Assembly (NCBI GenBank): GCA_002794465.1
Contig: MTSL01000051.1
Coordinates: 1-31,523, forward strand
Reading direction: 5' to 3'
DNA from: Paramicrosporidium saccamoebae KSL3
Lineage: Eukaryota; Fungi; Cryptomycota
DNA length: 31,523 nt
In this document: piece after piece, positions 27,991 through 31,523 of the stretch
How the letters are laid out: each line of letters starts with the position of its first letter
How positions within the stretch are numbered: position 1 is the stretch's first letter
Made by a program: the position numbers and the translations under genes
The notes under the pieces: model-generated
What the model was told of the DNA's origin: nothing
Databases searched by the model: none
Seen by the model: the letters and a program-made list of their open reading frames with translations, nothing else

Positions 27991-28431
27991 ATGAAGTTTA
28001 ATCTGATTTTGATTTCTGCTGCTCTGATGGTTGCTGTACAGGCAGCAGTGAGAACGCCCCCAGTACAGACAGCAGTGAGACCGTCTCAACCCGCCCCAGC
28101 GCCCTCAGGAGTGCAGGGTACACAAGGTACAGTCCAGCCGCCGGCACCACAGGCACGCCCGCAGCCTGCACAAGTTTCAAATCCCTCTACTGCCTCACCA
28201 AAGCCGAGGAAAGCGTCGCATTCAACGGCAGTGGCCCCTTCCCAACAACCACCAGCTTTAAAGAGAACTCGGAGACGCCATCATGCGCCCATCTATCTTC
28301 GATGTCGTAGACAGGGCAATAATTCGTATCGTTGCACCAAGATTGACCGCTCACCGAACAGAAATGTGAATCGTCCAACACCAGATGTGTTGCAGGACGT
28401 CCTACAGCCCATTGCCAACGCCACCGGTTAG
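27991..28431 (+). CDS. Small secreted Pro/Gln/Ala-rich protein with a basic Cys-pair segment (146 aa)
   Basis: Signal MKFNLILISAALMVAVQA; TATAAA at 27960; KRTRRRHHAPIYLRCRRQGNNSYRC. Confidence 0.85.
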   Translation: MKFNLILISAALMVAVQAAVRTPPVQTAVRPSQPAPAPSGVQGTQGTVQPPAPQARPQPAQVSNPSTASPKPRKASHSTAVAPSQQPPALKRTRRRHHAPIYLRCRRQGNNSYRCTKIDRSPNRNVNRPTPDVLQDVLQPIANATG

Positions 28432-28562
28432 TTCGAGACGCTAGAACCACTATAGTAATAGATGTTATGATTAAATAGATCCACTTGCTCCAAACGACAA
28501 TTTGAATACTTATGTAAAACAATATATTAATGCAAAGGATCGTATCTGGATCGAGTTTTGAA

Positions 28563-29649
28563 TCATGTTGGAGCAGATGATCCCGATAACGCTTTGGGCC
28601 TTGTGTGAGAGCCCGTCTTGCATGTGGTGATGGGACCTATATCAACCTCCGTTTTACGCATAGTGTCCGCCCCCGCTTCAGACCCCGTTTCCGACTCTGC
28701 AATCCTCATACCAACCCCAATTCCTGAATTAATCCTTGGTTTAGACTCGGTGGGGGTTTCTGGTTTGCGCTTTCGAGTGAGATTGCGGTTCGACTGGGGA
28801 AGGGGAGGAGGGACAGCATCTTCGCCGGGTAAGGGGGCGAGGAGGGATAGGGTAGATTTACTGAGCGATTCGGCTGAGGGAATCCGGACCGGGGCTTCTT
28901 GACGTTGTAATGGATGGAGTAATGAAGACAGAGACAAAAGAGACAGAGAATGCATTTCGTTCTCAGTGGCAGTGGTAAGACCGGTGGCAATGTCTCCGGT
29001 GAGGGTGAGTGGTTTGCGTGCCATCTGTCGAGGCACAGCCATCCAGTGCCACCGATACTGCGTGGGCTTCCCAGACGCCGGCACCGAACTGCTGCCCCTT
29101 CCCAGACGTCGGGCCAACATTTCTTGGATGGAAGGCAATCGGACCATTTCGGGAGGGACGGAGGAACTACGGCCGGGATAGCGTCGTTGCATGGCGCTGT
29201 TCCAATGGTTTTTGATTGCATTGTCCGTCCGACCAGGCAAATGTTTGGCAATCTCCGCCCAGCGGTTGCCCAGCCGTTGGTGCAGACGAAGAATTAGTGC
29301 GTCCTCCGCAGAGGTAAAGGGTGTTTTGAGGATGCGGGGATCGAGATGGTTGTGCCAACGCTCCCGACACTGTTTTCCCAGACGATTTCCTAATTCGGCG
29401 GCGATCTGCGTCCAGCGCCGTGGACCGTGTTGTTGCACCAAAGTGGTCAGTTTTTCGTCCTCCTACAAGTCAGCATGACAGAGCGGGTACGTCGCGGGTC
29501 CAGGCACCCTTTTGGGCACTTGACGGAGAGGAGGGACATTCGCTGGCTGGCGTTGGACTGCGGGGCAATGGTTCTGGCAGACTGTTTCGTGACAAATGGC
29601 CGCTTTGCACGCCATGCAGATGCTTACTGGGCGAATCGGTTGTCGACAT
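28563..29649 (-). CDS. R2R3 c-Myb-like transcription factor; exons 29491-29649 and 28563-29462
   Basis: KGAWTRD, a 28-nt intron (29463-29490), then [61 protein letters not shown] further upstream exon is not excluded. Confidence 0.9.
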
Positions 29650-29894
29650 TGACGTAGAGACCGTCGCTAGGCCAACTGTATTGATCTCGATGGATTTGTA
29701 CTATTATGGAAATTTCTTCGTTGGTCTGGGCCATCCATTTCCTTATCCTCTTTCCTTTTTGGTCGTCCTACTGCAATGAGACAAGGGAATAGCCGAGTAT
29801 AACCATCAAATATAGTGTTTTTGATGGATAATTTTGATGGCTGATTCTCTCCATGTTTAGTCATGGGTGCGATTAGTTGTGTAGTCCATTTGCG

Positions 29895-29935
29895 TACTCT
29901 ATGTATACTCTATGCATACTCTATGTATACTCTAG
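29895..29935. repeat. 11-bp tandem repeat (TACTCTATGYA) x3.7
   Basis: tactctatgta tactctatgca tactctatgta tactctag. Confidence 0.85.
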
Positions 29936-30054
29936 TTGCATAATTCACTGTATATCCTATCTGCATAATTCATTGTATACCCCATCTTCATCAAATACAC
30001 TTTTATCAAAGACGTTTATAGTCTTTCACGTACAATGCACACACCATTCACGCA

Positions 30055-30899
30055 CTATTGATCCAATTGCATTTCTTCTACCGGCTCGCCACTCAATCGC
30101 TGGGGAGGGGGCGGTAGAGCATTTAGCCACTGTTGGATTTGCGTCTCATCGCCCACCACCTTGAAGGGCAGGTCTGGACCCAGGAAGCCCACAGCCGTGT
30201 TTTGAGCCGTCAGTCCCGGTGTTGCATCCGGTGGGAGAGTGTCACGCAACGCCCGCAAGGCATGGCTGATGAGTTCTTCCAGTGTGGCTGTTGCATAGAC
30301 ACTCACGTCCTTTTCCAAATAGGTGCGCGCAGATTGTGAACGCGCTCCAATGGCCATTGCATGGTATTCGTAATATGCGCCACTGGGGGAGAATTCATAC
30401 AAATGTGCTCCCGTCTCCTACAGATTAGGCGCAATAATTAAATTTACTGCATCCCATCCGGCCACGAGTAGTCCCACTCCAAAGGGACGTCCTCCATATC
30501 CTTGCGTGTTCTGTTGTGCCTTGTCGGAAATGTCGGCTACCAATCGTTGTACAGGAACGGGACGAGCCATATTCATACGACTGGCCAAAGCCCGGGCCTG
30601 CATGTACTTTCCCAACACGCGTGCATCGCTGGTCAGGCCAGCCAAGGCCACTCCAATGTGGTCGTCAATGGGTAGGAGCTTGCGTTGATGCGAGGCGAGC
30701 TCGCCCGGTGTGCGTTTCAGAGCAACCAGCACAACGTGCGTCTTGGAAGACACCCCGACGGCTGCTGCGCCCTGCTTCACTGCCTCCATGGCATATTCCA
30801 CCTGGAACAGACGTCCCTGTGGCGACAACACCGTCACGTCATTGTCATAAAGGTTGCGGAACTACACATTATGAGCGGACAGTCGATAGAAAGTACCAT
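30055..30899 (-). CDS. PSMA1: 20S proteasome subunit alpha-6 (PSMA1/Pre5), 259 aa; exons 30897-30899, 30448-30861, 30055-30417
   Basis: ATG, a 35-nt intron (30862-30896), then [39 protein letters not shown], a 30-nt intron (30418-30447), then [27 protein letters not shown]. Confidence 0.96.
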
Positions 30900-30962
30900 T
30901 GTGAAACGACTAATCTATTTATCATAAATGTCCGTTTTGACTGGCCCCTCAATGTCACAAAG

Positions 30963-31038
30963 TAAAGTGGATTGCAGAGACATAAAGTGGATTGTAGAGA
31001 GAGATATATATATAAAGTGGAGTGTAAGGAGATATATA
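30963..31038. repeat. Degenerate 20-30 bp repeat x3 with TAAAGTGGA(T/G)TG core
   Basis: taaagtggattgcagagaca / taaagtggattgtagagagagatatatata / taaagtggagtgtaaggagatatat. Confidence 0.7.
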
Positions 31039-31167
31039 GTTTGTGTTCCTTGCGGCCACTATAGTCAACGTAGTTAGTGTCATGCAACTATTAAGGAACC
31101 ACTAGGTAGATTCCAGTTGGGTGTTACGTACATATCGGGTGAATGCTGCGTATACGCCGCGCTGTGT

Positions 31168-31256
31168 CATGTACATGTCACAGTATCTCACGTACATGTC
31201 ACATATTCCACGTACATATCACAGTATCTCACGTACATATCACAATATGCCACGTA
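31168..31256. repeat. 20-21 bp tandem repeat x4 (CACGTACATRTCACAGTATCT)
   Basis: Head-to-tail copies ending about 16 bp from the SPOUT gene stop. Confidence 0.85.
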
Positions 31257-31271
31257 TTTGGAACACATGAC

Positions 31272-31523
31272 TCATCGGTTGGTAAGGGTGTGCATTAAGA
31301 TACTGCCGGCAACGGCCACATTTAACGACTCGACGGCCGAATTCATGTTGATAGACACGCGGGTTGCCTTTTGAGAAATGATGGAGGGCAATGTGGAAAG
31401 ACCAGTTGACTCGTTGCCCAATACCAAGGCAATCGGGCTGGTAGACTTTTGGCTTTCAAATGGTTGATACTCAATTCCATTACTCTTGGTTCCATTACTC
31501 TTGGTTCCATTACTCTTGGTTCC
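31272..31523 (-). CDS. SpoU/TrmH (SPOUT) RNA 2'-O-methyltransferase, MRM1/MRM3-like; C-terminal part only, absent from the ORF track
   Basis: Hand translation: (GTKSN)x3-GIEYQPFESQKSTSPIALVLGNESTGLSTLPSIISQKATRVSINMNSAVESLNVAVAGSILMHTLTNR*. It contains SPOUT motif 2 (LVLGNE..GL) and motif 3 (ESLNVAVA). Confidence 0.9.
   Translation of the reverse strand, partial: GTKSNGTKSNGTKSNGIEYQPFESQKSTSPIALVLGNESTGLSTLPSIISQKATRVSINMNSAVESLNVAVAGSILMHTLTNR
31475..31523 (-). repeat. Perfect 15-bp coding repeat (GTKSN)n running off the window edge
   Basis: ttccattactcttgg x3 plus ttcc on the plus strand. Confidence 0.92.

Overview
Gene-dense eukaryotic DNA with tiny GT-AG introns (28-38 nt). It resembles a compact early-diverging fungal-relative genome (Rozellomycota/Paramicrosporidium-like is my inference, not confirmed). 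About 25 protein genes are present. Housekeeping genes: RBX1, single-chain ATP-citrate lyase, PHO88/SND3, PARN, eIF1/SUI1, a DGAT2-family acyltransferase, a GDP-fucose-type transporter, PIG-C, VPS23, SEC13, an R2R3 Myb, proteasome alpha-6 and a partial SPOUT methyltransferase missing from the ORF track. Nine intronless signal-peptide genes are interspersed: a tyrosinase, two large unknown proteins and six low-complexity Gln/Pro/Gly/Tyr-rich proteins. Main observations: (1) a box C/D snoRNA of the snR63/SNORD46 type inside the only long intron (eIF1); (2) a candidate secreted structural-protein set with a shared C-N-Q-I-V motif plus a secreted tyrosinase, possibly a cross-linked spore wall or polar-filament system; (3) a different short tandem-repeat array behind most housekeeping 3' ends; (4) dense CCAAT-box promoters, including a head-to-head gene pair only 33 bp apart. 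All exon and intron calls were made by hand from the sequence.
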